From NCBI GenBank assembly GCA_963665295.1, contig OY762209.1, forward strand, positions 2,560,001 to 2,624,000: a stretch of 64,000 bases of DNA, given 5' to 3'. The stretch is from Syntrophorhabdaceae bacterium (GTDB taxonomy: Bacteria; Desulfobacterota; Syntrophorhabdia; Syntrophorhabdales; Syntrophorhabdaceae). Every line of letters begins with the position of its first letter. Positions within the stretch are counted from its first letter, which is position 1. Of the stretch, positions 55,707-64,000 are shown piece after piece. Below the pieces are notes generated by a model. That model was not told the origin of the DNA and did not search any database. It saw only the letters and a list, made by a program, of their open reading frames with translations. Position numbers and translations under genes: made by a program.

Positions 55707-56882
55707 ATGAATAATAGAAACAATGGGTCGATGCAAAGGGGACGGGGGATCGTCATAGGAATCCTCGCGTGCCTCCTTATCTTATCTTTAGCCCCCGCGT
55801 GCCGGAAAAGGGCAAAGGAGGGGCCTCCCCCTCCCCCCGCTGTTACAGTGGCCGAGCCCGCTCAGCGCCGGATAATGGATTATCTGGATCTCACGGGCAG
55901 CACCCAGGCGATCAGGACGGTGCAGCTCCAGGCCCGGGTCGCGGGCTTTCTGGAGAAAGTGCTCTTCCAGGACGGACAGTTCGTAAAGAAGGACCAACTT
56001 CTCTTCGTGATCCAACAGAACACTTATCAGGCCAACCTTCAACAGGCGGAGGGCGCAATCCTGCAACTGGACGCACAGTTGAAGTACGCCGAAAGTCAAC
56101 TGGCGCGCTATTCAAGGCTCCTCTCCGAAAGGGGCGCCTCCCAGTCGGATGTGGACAACTGGCGTTATCAACGGGATTCGGCGGCAGCCGGCCTCGTGAC
56201 CGCAAGGGCGAAGAGAGACCTTGCCGTTCTCGATCTCGGATATACGGAAGTCAGGGCGCCCTTTGACGGGCGCATCGACCGTAGACTCAAGGACCCGGGG
56301 AACCTGGTGGGCTCCGGAGAAAATACGGTCCTTGTGTCGATCAATCAGGTAGACCCGATCTACGTCTACTTCAACATCAGCGATCAGGACCTGTCCCGTC
56401 TCATCGCGGAAAGCCGATGGGTCCCGGGCAGGCTGCCCGCGAAGGTATGGCCCATGTACCTGGGGTTCCACGCCGAAGAAAGTTACCCCCACAAGGGCTA
56501 CCTTGATTTTGCCTCCATCAGCCTTACTCCCACCACCGGCACCCTCCTTTTGAGGGGCATTTTCCGGAATCAGGACGGCAAGATAGCGCCGGGACTCTAC
56601 GGGAGGGTTCGCGTACCCGTAAAGGAAAGAGAAGCCCTCCTCGTGCCGGATGAAGCCATAGGTCATGACCAGCAGGGCCCCTATGTACTCGCGGTGAACG
56701 GCAAGAATACGGTGGTGCGGATTGGCGTGAAGACCGGCGCCCTCGTGGATAATTGCCGCGTCATCGAACAGGGACTGAGCGGAAAAGAACGGATCGTCGT
56801 AAAGGGCACGCAGAAGGCTATCCCCGGCAGGCCGGTAACCCCGGAAAGATCGGTGTTACCCGGAAAGAAGGCGGCGTCGTGA
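55707..56882 (+). CDS. RND efflux periplasmic adaptor (membrane fusion protein)
   Basis: ARVAGFL…GQFVKKDQLLF, LGYTEVRAPFDGRI and DPIYVYFN. Confidence 0.94.
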   Translation: MNNRNNGSMQRGRGIVIGILACLLILSLAPACRKRAKEGPPPPPAVTVAEPAQRRIMDYLDLTGSTQAIRTVQLQARVAGFLEKVLFQDGQFVKKDQLLFVIQQNTYQANLQQAEGAILQLDAQLKYAESQLARYSRLLSERGASQSDVDNWRYQRDSAAAGLVTARAKRDLAVLDLGYTEVRAPFDGRIDRRLKDPGNLVGSGENTVLVSINQVDPIYVYFNISDQDLSRLIAESRWVPGRLPAKVWPMYLGFHAEESYPHKGYLDFASISLTPTTGTLLLRGIFRNQDGKIAPGLYGRVRVPVKEREALLVPDEAIGHDQQGPYVLAVNGKNTVVRIGVKTGALVDNCRVIEQGLSGKERIVVKGTQKAIPGRPVTPERSVLPGKKAAS

Positions 56883-59800
56883 TCTCCAAATTTTTTATCG
56901 AGCGGCCTATACTTGCCAACGTTCTCGCCATCATCACAATCATTGTGGGCCTGGTGAGCTACTACTACCTTGCCGTAGAAGAATACCCGCCCATCGTGCC
57001 CCCCACTATCCAGATTACCGCGCGCTACCCGGGGGCGAGCGCCTCGGTGGTGGCAGACACCATAGGAGTGCCCCTGGAACAGGCGGTGAACGGCGTGGAG
57101 CGGGCAATCTACATGTCCTCCACGAGCGGGAGTGACGGCTCCTACGCCCTGACGATTACCTTTGACGTGGGCACCGACCTCGACAAATCTCTCACCCTCG
57201 TTCAGAATCTTGTCAATTCGGCAACGGCCCTGCTTCCCGGAGACGTGAACCAGCAGGGGGTAACCGTGAAGAAAGTGTCCACCAACATCCTGCTGGTGGT
57301 CAGCCTTTACGGGGATGGCAACCACTTTGATGAAGCCTTTCTCTCGAATTACGGCATTATCAACATGCAATATCCCTTGTCCCGCCTCCCGGGTGTGGGA
57401 CAGGTGAGGGTGTTCGGCGCGGGCCCTTACAGCATGAGGGTCTGGCTGGACCCCAACAGGCTCAAACAGTTTAATCTCACTGCTTCGGACGTGCTCGCCG
57501 TCATCAGGGAACAGAATTTCCAGGTCGCGACAGGGCAGCTGGGCGCTCCGCCCGTACCCAGGGACCAGGCCTTCCAGTTCACCATGAACAGCCTGGGGCG
57601 ACTCTCGGATGTGAACCAGTTTGAAGACATCATCGTGAGGAGCGCTCCCGGTCCGGCAGCGCAACTCGTGAGGCTGCGCGATATCGCCCGTATTGAATTG
57701 GGCCAGCAATCCTTCTCCAACTTCGCGAGCACGGGCGGACTCAACTCCGCCCAGGTGGTGGTCTTTACGCTCCCCGATGCGAACGCCATCTCTGTTGCGG
57801 ACAGTGTTTACAAAGCCGTGGGCGAGATGAGTAAGGACTTTCCGGAGCACCTGAAGTATACGATCCGCTACGACACCACGAAGTTTGTCCGGGGGGCCAT
57901 ATCGGCCGTGTATTGGACCCTCTTCATCGCGGGAATCCTGGTCCTCATCGTGGTTATGGTGTTTCTCCAGAGCGTGAGAGCGCTCCTCGTTCCCGCCACC
58001 ACAGTACCCGTCACCATCATCGGAGCCTTCGGGGCAATGGTGGCCCTCGGATTTACCGTGAACCTCATGACTTTGTTTGCCCTTGTTCTCTCCGTGGGCA
58101 TAGTGGTGGACGACGCCATCGTCATTGTGGAGAATACTGCCTATTTCATCGACAAGGGACTTACGCCGAGAGAGGCGGCCATCAAGGCCATGAGCGAACT
58201 GACAGGCCCGGTTATGGGGATCACCATGGCCCTGGTGTCGGTATTCCTGCCCGCTGCATTCCTTCCCGGCATCACGGGCCAGATATTCCGTCAATTTGCC
58301 CTGGTCATTGCTGCCACTTCCATAATAAGCGCCATCAACGCCCTTACCCTGAAACCGGCACAGTGCGCCCTGTGGCTCAGGCCACGGAAGGAGAAGAAAG
58401 AGAACCGGTTTTACCGCGGATTCAACAAGGCTTATGAGGCCATGAAAGCGCCCTATATGAGACTGGTCGGGTGGATGGTAAAGAGGACGGCCCCTATGAT
58501 AGTGATCTTCTTTGTGGTCATAGCCGTTACCGGATGGGTGTTTGTGCACCGGCCCTCCGGTTTTCTCCCTACCGAGGACCAGGGTTATGCGGTGCTTTTT
58601 GCCCGTCTGCCTGACGGCGCGTCTCAACCGAGGTCCCGGGAGGTATCCGAAAAGATAGGGACCATACTCAAAGATGCCCCCGGTATCGAGAGCTGGGTAA
58701 CTATAGGTGGATACTCCTTCCTGGACGGCGCGAATGTGGCGGCCGTCAGCAGCACTTTCGTCATCTACAAAGACTGGAGCGAACGGGGCAACGCCCTGAC
58801 TCAGGACAAGATAATCGCCAGGCTCAACCGGGACCTTTCAGTGATCAAAGAGGCCAGTATATACGTGGTGGTCCCACCCCCGATCCGTGGACTCGGCCAG
58901 GCGGGTGGATTCCAGATGATGGTGGAAGACCGGGGAAGCCTGGGGTTGGAGGAGCTTCAAAAGACCGTGGATAACCTTGTTCACAAAGGTAACTCCGAGC
59001 CGGGCCTCGTGGGGCTGGCCACCACTTTCGACACAAGGAGTCCCCAACTCTATCTGGATATCGACAGGACCAAGGCCCAATCTTTTCAGGTCCCGATTGC
59101 AGGTATCTTCGAGACGCTCCGGGGTTATCTCGGTTCCTCCTTTGCGAATCTTTTCAACAAGTTCAACCAGGTATACCAGGTATACATCCAGGCGAACGAC
59201 CTTCATCGCGTGAAGCCCGAGGACGTGGGAAACCTTTATACACGTAATATCCAGGGGGAGATGGTGCCCCTGGGCAGTTTCACCAAGGTGAAGCGTACTC
59301 AGGGATCGGAGTTGATCACCCGGTACAACCTTTACCCTGCGGCCGCGGTCTTCGGCTCCGCTTCTCCGGGGTTCAGTTCGGGAGAAGCCTTGAGTCGTAT
59401 GGAGCGCACGGCGGCAGAAATCCTGCCTAAAGGAATCGGTTATGATTGGACGGCCACGAGTTATCAGGAAAAGCGGGTAGGCTACCAGGCATATCTCATC
59501 TACGCTCTCTCGGTGACCCTCGTTTTCATGGTCCTCGCCGCCCTTTACGAAAGCTGGACGTCTCCTGCGGCGGTCATCCTGGTGGTGCCCATGGCACTGG
59601 TCGGCGTTCTTCTCGCCCTCATGATCAGAGGTTTTGACAGCAATCTCTATACTCAGATCGGGCTCGTGCTCATGATTGCCCTGGCGAGCAAGAACTCGAT
59701 CCTTATCGTGGAGTTTGCCCGACGCCTTCAGAAGGATGGCGCGTCCGCTGAGGAGGCTGCAATCGAGGCGACGAGCCGCCGTTTCCGTCCCATCGTAATG

Positions 59801-60004
59801 ACCTCTTTCGCTTTCATTCTGGGGGTTGTTCCCCTGCTCGTGGCCTCCGGAGCTGGAGCGGCAAGCCAGCAGGCCATCGGTACCGTGGTGTTTGGGGGCA
59901 TGTTGGCTTCCACCTTACTCGCTATGCCCTTTGTGGCGGTTTTCTATGTTGCGGTAGAGCGGTTGGGAGCGAAATGGCTGAAGAGAAAAGCACCTGCAGC
60001 CTGA
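56879..60004 (+). CDS. RND efflux permease (HAE1/AcrB-like)
   Basis: ISKFFIERPILA, GIVVDDAIVIVEN, KNSILIVEFA and RFRPIVMTSFAF; GTG start overlaps the MFP stop. Confidence 0.95.
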   Translation: MISKFFIERPILANVLAIITIIVGLVSYYYLAVEEYPPIVPPTIQITARYPGASASVVADTIGVPLEQAVNGVERAIYMSSTSGSDGSYALTITFDVGTDLDKSLTLVQNLVNSATALLPGDVNQQGVTVKKVSTNILLVVSLYGDGNHFDEAFLSNYGIINMQYPLSRLPGVGQVRVFGAGPYSMRVWLDPNRLKQFNLTASDVLAVIREQNFQVATGQLGAPPVPRDQAFQFTMNSLGRLSDVNQFEDIIVRSAPGPAAQLVRLRDIARIELGQQSFSNFASTGGLNSAQVVVFTLPDANAISVADSVYKAVGEMSKDFPEHLKYTIRYDTTKFVRGAISAVYWTLFIAGILVLIVVMVFLQSVRALLVPATTVPVTIIGAFGAMVALGFTVNLMTLFALVLSVGIVVDDAIVIVENTAYFIDKGLTPREAAIKAMSELTGPVMGITMALVSVFLPAAFLPGITGQIFRQFALVIAATSIISAINALTLKPAQCALWLRPRKEKKENRFYRGFNKAYEAMKAPYMRLVGWMVKRTAPMIVIFFVVIAVTGWVFVHRPSGFLPTEDQGYAVLFARLPDGASQPRSREVSEKIGTILKDAPGIESWVTIGGYSFLDGANVAAVSSTFVIYKDWSERGNALTQDKIIARLNRDLSVIKEASIYVVVPPPIRGLGQAGGFQMMVEDRGSLGLEELQKTVDNLVHKGNSEPGLVGLATTFDTRSPQLYLDIDRTKAQSFQVPIAGIFETLRGYLGSSFANLFNKFNQVYQVYIQANDLHRVKPEDVGNLYTRNIQGEMVPLGSFTKVKRTQGSELITRYNLYPAAAVFGSASPGFSSGEALSRMERTAAEILPKGIGYDWTATSYQEKRVGYQAYLIYALSVTLVFMVLAALYESWTSPAAVILVVPMALVGVLLALMIRGFDSNLYTQIGLVLMIALASKNSILIVEFARRLQKDGASAEEAAIEATSRRFRPIVMTSFAFILGVVPLLVASGAGAASQQAIGTVVFGGMLASTLLAMPFVAVFYVAVERLGAKWLKRKAPAA

Positions 60005-60077
60005 TCCTTCAGGCGGAGTCGGGTGCGTAGCGCGTCCTGATCAGTTCGATTGTAGAATGAAGATTTTACTCTGAAAC

Positions 60078-61190
60078 CTAGGCGGGGGACATGCCGGCAA
60101 GTTCCTGCATAAGTTCCTTTACCGTGGTCCTCTTATCTACTTTCCAGACAATCTCGCCTGCAGTGTAAAGGGGCTCTTCGAAACCCGTGTTGTATCCTCC
60201 GGAGGAAAGGAGGCCATTGCAGATGCAGAAGGAAACCTCGTTATTTTCCTTTGCAAGGCACTGGTTGTACACGCCGTTCGCGTCTTTGAGAAGCAGATAC
60301 CCCTTGTCGCACTTGGGTTTCCGGAGCCTTGCCAGGGAGGAGACAAACATGGGCGACTGTTTTATGACCCTGAACGGCAAGCCGCAGGGAGATCCCGGCC
60401 GGTGCGCGACGAGTATATCGTTGCGTGTGGCCTGAATGACCGCCTGTTTGTAATCTTCGGTGGCGCTGCTCTCGTCCGTGATAAGGAATCTGGTTCCCAT
60501 CTGGACCCCGTCGGCGCCCATGCGGAGGAATTTGAGTATGTCCTCGTGACTGTAAATGCCGCCCGCCACGATAACGGGAAAATCGCCGTGCTTCATTGCC
60601 GCATCTTTGACTGCAGGAAGAAGATTCTCGAGTTTGTTTGCTTCGAGGTCGATCTGGTCCATTTTGAAACCGAGGTGACCGCCGGCGAGAGGACCTTCCA
60701 GAACAACCGCATCGGGCCGGTAGGACGCTTTTTCCCATTTCCTGCATATGAGTTCCAAAGCCCTTGCCGATGAGACTATGGGTATGAGGGCTGTCGTGTC
60801 CGGGTGTTGAATGGCGGGAAGGTTCATGGGCAGGCCGCCTCCTGAGATAATCACGTCAACCTGTGCGTCGATGGCCCCTTTCACGGTGTCGTCGTAGTCT
60901 TTTGCGATGGCAACCATGATGTTGATGCCCGTGACGCCGCCATCCGCCTTGGAAAGGGTCACCTCTTCGCGCACCGCCTCATAGGTGTTGAGCTTTTTCC
61001 CATTCCTTTTAGAGACAATACGGTCAAGGCACGCGCTCGATATGACGCCGATGCCGCCCTCCCTGGCAACTGCTTTGGCGAGGGGGTGAAGTGATATACC
61101 GATACCCATGCCTCCCTGGATGATAGGGAGGTTAATTCGTTTCCCCTTAATGATGAGAGGTGGTAATACAGATTTCGACTCTGACAGCAG
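60078..61190 (-). CDS. Nitronate monooxygenase/FabK-FabX-family flavoprotein; apparent CTG start
   Basis: PIIQGGMGIG, VLEGPLAGGHLG, VAGGI and GADGVQMGTRF. The conserved N-terminus lies upstream of the first ATG (61109). Confidence 0.85.
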   Translation of the reverse strand: MLSESKSVLPPLIIKGKRINLPIIQGGMGIGISLHPLAKAVAREGGIGVISSACLDRIVSKRNGKKLNTYEAVREEVTLSKADGGVTGINIMVAIAKDYDDTVKGAIDAQVDVIISGGGLPMNLPAIQHPDTTALIPIVSSARALELICRKWEKASYRPDAVVLEGPLAGGHLGFKMDQIDLEANKLENLLPAVKDAAMKHGDFPVIVAGGIYSHEDILKFLRMGADGVQMGTRFLITDESSATEDYKQAVIQATRNDILVAHRPGSPCGLPFRVIKQSPMFVSSLARLRKPKCDKGYLLLKDANGVYNQCLAKENNEVSFCICNGLLSSGGYNTGFEEPLYTAGEIVWKVDKRTTVKELMQELAGMSPA

Positions 61191-61393
61191 AACAGCTCCT
61201 TAGTATGACTTTATGATAAAGTGATCAGCAACGCCAAAACCCCTGACCAGTTTTATTAGAATAGTCTTATTTAGATACACTACATTATCCTTCATGTGAG
61301 GTTCTTTTTCAATAAAAATATTTCGCACCCTGAACCAAAGCTTGCCGGTACTGGAACGACGGGTGCGTCATCCGGAAAACCGGGTTGTTTGGA

Positions 61394-61633
61394 TCACGGT
61401 GTAAAGTTGGAAAGCTGGTAAGGTATCTCTTTCTTTTCGAGGGATTCTTTCTTCTCGAAATAGACGGCATGCTCCGCAATCTCTCTCAAGGCGGTGACTA
61501 TTTCCTTATTTGAGGACCTTACAAGCGGTGTTGCGCCTTTCAGGAGTTGTTTTGCCCTTCTCGCCGACAGGTGGACCAGTTCGAAACGGTTTTCAACCGT
61601 TTCCATGCAGTCTTCAACCGTTATCCTTGCCAT
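61394..61633 (-). CDS. rpoZ: RNA polymerase omega subunit
   Basis: MARITVEDC…NRFELV…RRAKQL…ALREIA. Confidence 0.97.
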   Translation of the reverse strand: MARITVEDCMETVENRFELVHLSARRAKQLLKGATPLVRSSNKEIVTALREIAEHAVYFEKKESLEKKEIPYQLSNFTP

Positions 61634-62208
61634 TATGTCCTCCTCATGGTTTCCACAATATGCCTGAAATCTCCGAAGGCCCTGTCAAGCGTATCATTCA
61701 CTATAGTATACTGAAAGAAATCCTTTCTTGCAAGTTCTTCTTCGACCCTCTTCATCCTGAGGTCGAGATCCTGTTCGCCCCTCAAAGACAGTCTCTTTAC
61801 GAGGTCTTCCTTGGAGGGGGGAAGAACGAACACAAGGCACGCTTCCGGGCATTTCTCCTTTACCTTGAGGGCGCCCTTTACGTCGATATCGAGGATCATG
61901 TCGAAGCCTTTGGTGAGGGCCTCGCCCATTTCCTTCCTCGGGGTGCCGTAGGAGTGGTGGTGAACGCTTTCCCACTCAAGGAACCGGTCCTGCTCCACCA
62001 TCTGCTGAAAGGTGCGGTCATCGACAAAATAGTAGTCTTTACCGTCTCTCTCCTGGGGTCTCTTCTTTCGCGTGGTGTAGGAAATTGAAAAGAGGGTGGA
62101 GCGGTCTTCCTTCAGGAATCGCTCGATAATGGACGACTTCCCGACACCGGACGGACCGGAGACTACGAAGAGACGGCCCTTCTTTTTGACATGGTCGCTC
62201 TGTTCCAT
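61633..62208 (-). CDS. gmk: Guanylate kinase
   Basis: [27 protein letters not shown] and LDIDVKGA. Confidence 0.97.
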   Translation of the reverse strand: MEQSDHVKKKGRLFVVSGPSGVGKSSIIERFLKEDRSTLFSISYTTRKKRPQERDGKDYYFVDDRTFQQMVEQDRFLEWESVHHHSYGTPRKEMGEALTKGFDMILDIDVKGALKVKEKCPEACLVFVLPPSKEDLVKRLSLRGEQDLDLRMKRVEEELARKDFFQYTIVNDTLDRAFGDFRHIVETMRRT

Positions 62209-62280
62209 ATGCTTTAAGCCCCCGTTGCCGCAGAGGATGACGTCCGGAATCCGGGCTCCTCTCTGAGGGCGTTTTTCCCT

Positions 62281-63150
62281 TTACTCCACATTCTGGGCCT
62301 GTTCCCTTATCTTTTCTATTTCCACCTTGATCCGGATGACCCGTTCGTTTATGAAGAGGTCGTTCGATTTGCTCCCGATGGTGTTGGCTTCTCTCACCAT
62401 CTCCTGGATGATGAAGTCCAGCTTCCGCCCGATGGAGTCTTCAGCCTCGATGGTGTCCTTGAAGTTTTCCAGGTGGCCGCTCAGTCTTACAGTTTCCTCG
62501 GATATGTCAAGACGTTCCATGTAAATGGCCAGTTCCTGGAGTATCCTTGCTTCGTCTACCGGGGTCGCTTTTGTCGCCTCGACGATCCTCTCCCTCAGCT
62601 TCTCTTCATGGGCCGCGATGTGGGAAGGCCATCTCTCCTCAATCTCCCGGAGGTAACCGGCTACATCCCCCAGCCGTTTGAGCATGTCTTTGCGTATGAT
62701 GGTCCCTTCTTTTGCCTTCTCCTCGTTCAGCTTCGTAAGGAGGCTGTCGAGGGCCGGGAAAAGGATTTCTTCCGGAATGCCGTTGGTTTCTTCATAGGTG
62801 ATGATGTCCCTGAGATTGAAGACGGTCTCTACCGTAAGATCGCCCGTCACGCCATACTCGCCTTTAAGGGCGCGGGCCATCTCCACATACTGTTTTACCA
62901 CCACATCGTTTATCTTGAAAGGCGCTGCCTGGGCTGCGGACCTCTCCCATTTGATCACGATATCGAGCTTGCCCCGCTTCACAATCTGCTTGGCCAGTTC
63001 CCTCAGTTTCTGTTCATGGGGATAGTCCGTCCTCGAAAGCTTTACGCTTACTTCGAGGTACCGGCTGTTCAACGACCTCGCCTCCCCGTAAAGTTTCCCT
63101 TCCGGGCTTTCGATCTCCACTTTGGCAAAACCTGTCATACTCCTCAGCAT
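62281..63150 (-). CDS. yicC: YicC/YloC-family endoribonuclease
   Basis: SMTGF, RSLNSRYLE, DISEE..RL..H, GRKLDFIIQEMVREANTIGSKS and REQAQNVE. Confidence 0.95.
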   Translation of the reverse strand: MLRSMTGFAKVEIESPEGKLYGEARSLNSRYLEVSVKLSRTDYPHEQKLRELAKQIVKRGKLDIVIKWERSAAQAAPFKINDVVVKQYVEMARALKGEYGVTGDLTVETVFNLRDIITYEETNGIPEEILFPALDSLLTKLNEEKAKEGTIIRKDMLKRLGDVAGYLREIEERWPSHIAAHEEKLRERIVEATKATPVDEARILQELAIYMERLDISEETVRLSGHLENFKDTIEAEDSIGRKLDFIIQEMVREANTIGSKSNDLFINERVIRIKVEIEKIREQAQNVE

Positions 63151-63668
63151 TTTAGCATCCCCTTATAAAGGTCTCTCCATTTGTTCATTATAAAGATGGT
63201 TTCGTTTTCCCGGTAGTCAGGATACGTCCAGTCAAGGGCCCTGTAGGTTCCGTTCTGATACATGAGCGTCAGGTCGGCGTATATCCCCTTGCCCAGGTAG
63301 ACCCTGTGCGAATAACCCTTTGTGGTGGCAAGTATAACATGTTCAAGGGCGATATATCCAGGATCAATATTCACGGTCCGCTTGCCGTTCAGCGAAAGGA
63401 GGCGTTCTATCTCATTGGTTTTCAACTTTATTTCCGGGAGAAGCTCCCTGTGGAGCAGGGGTTCGAAGAGGAGAAAAACGCGGAGCAGGTTCTCGCCCAT
63501 TTCCTTGTCGTAGTAATTGCTGTGAATGAAAGGGATGAGCCCGGTAGTCTCCTGGATCTTCCCTATATAGCTCGAAAGCTCGCCCTGGGCTTCCTGAAGA
63601 GACACTTCGCTCCCGAATATCAGGCTTGCGAAATACTTGACGGATTTTGGTACGTGCGGATTTCCCAT
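63144..63668 (-). CDS. DUF4416-family protein
   Basis: YYDKEMG, RTVNIDPGY…LATTK.YSHRVYL..GIYA and WTYPDY. Confidence 0.85.
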   Translation of the reverse strand: MGNPHVPKSVKYFASLIFGSEVSLQEAQGELSSYIGKIQETTGLIPFIHSNYYDKEMGENLLRVFLLFEPLLHRELLPEIKLKTNEIERLLSLNGKRTVNIDPGYIALEHVILATTKGYSHRVYLGKGIYADLTLMYQNGTYRALDWTYPDYRENETIFIMNKWRDLYKGMLKC

Positions 63669-64000
63669 AGTATGAAATATTCCCTGTTTTTCCTTTCTCT
63701 TTCCCTGGGCACTTCCACTACTTTCGTGGCGTGTATCCCGAGGGTTTCGCCGAATGCCTTCATTTCTTCCATGACGCGGTCGATCAATTCCTGATCCTTC
63801 ACGATGCCGCCTTTCCCGACCTCAAAGCGCCCCACCTCGAACTGGGGCTTAAAAAGAGACATAATACACCCCCCCGCGTTCACCAAGGGCACTGCCGCAG
63901 GCAGTATCTTCTTCAATGATATGAAAGAGACGTCGATGGTAATTGCGTCGAGCAATTCTCCCACGTCGTCCATGGTCATTTGCCGGGCGTTGAAATTCTC
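63620..64000 (-). CDS. tlyA: TlyA-family rRNA methyltransferase, C-terminal part
   Basis: NAR…IDVSFISL…FKPQFEVG…GKGGIV…NREYF; runs off the window. Confidence 0.9.
   Translation of the reverse strand, partial: ENFNARQMTMDDVGELLDAITIDVSFISLKKILPAAVPLVNAGGCIMSLFKPQFEVGRFEVGKGGIVKDQELIDRVMEEMKAFGETLGIHATKVVEVPRERERKNREYFILWEIRTYQNPSSISQA

Noticed and set aside
62209..62280. DUF370/RemA-like gene often found between yicC and gmk
   Set aside because: The gap is only 72 bp with no such ORF; its absence is ordinary lineage variation.

Overview
A GC-rich bacterial window, probably from an anaerobic Desulfobacterota/'deltaproteobacterial' syntroph-like organism (inferred from gene content only). It has six blocks. 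(1) 1-20.3 kb: a TonB-dependent receptor is transcribed divergently from a ~19 kb cluster of eight signal-peptide proteins. These are two SBBP beta-propeller/BACON proteins, three S8 subtilases sharing a near-identical 5' DNA cassette, two DUF1566 proteins (one fused to an apparently catalytically dead nucleotide pyrophosphatase domain) and a metallophosphoesterase. The shared promoter region carries three 24-bp CGTT-N16-AACG boxes resembling ModE (molybdate/tungstate) operators. (2) 20.6-28.1 kb: an hdrA-mvhD-nuoE-nuoF-nuoG-like operon (bamEFGHI-like order) with no terminal catalytic subunit and a structured leader. (3) 28.1-39.2 kb: MCP/CheW and PAS two-component genes sharing a GGTAA-W-TTACC motif. 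(4) 39.4-50.6 kb: a Sec-signal Rhs toxin whose tip resembles a minimal Wnt/lipocone domain, followed by a lower-GC array of orphan tips, tip remnants and immunity-like genes, one of them split by an IS630-family element. (5) 50.9-60 kb: hcp, hemerythrin, an FMN-binding protein, a 56-aa His/Cys-rich ORF missed by the ORF track, and an RND efflux system. (6) 60-64 kb: core genes (FabK/NMO-family gene with an apparent CTG start, rpoZ, gmk, yicC, DUF4416, tlyA). All family calls are made by eye from motifs; no searches were run.
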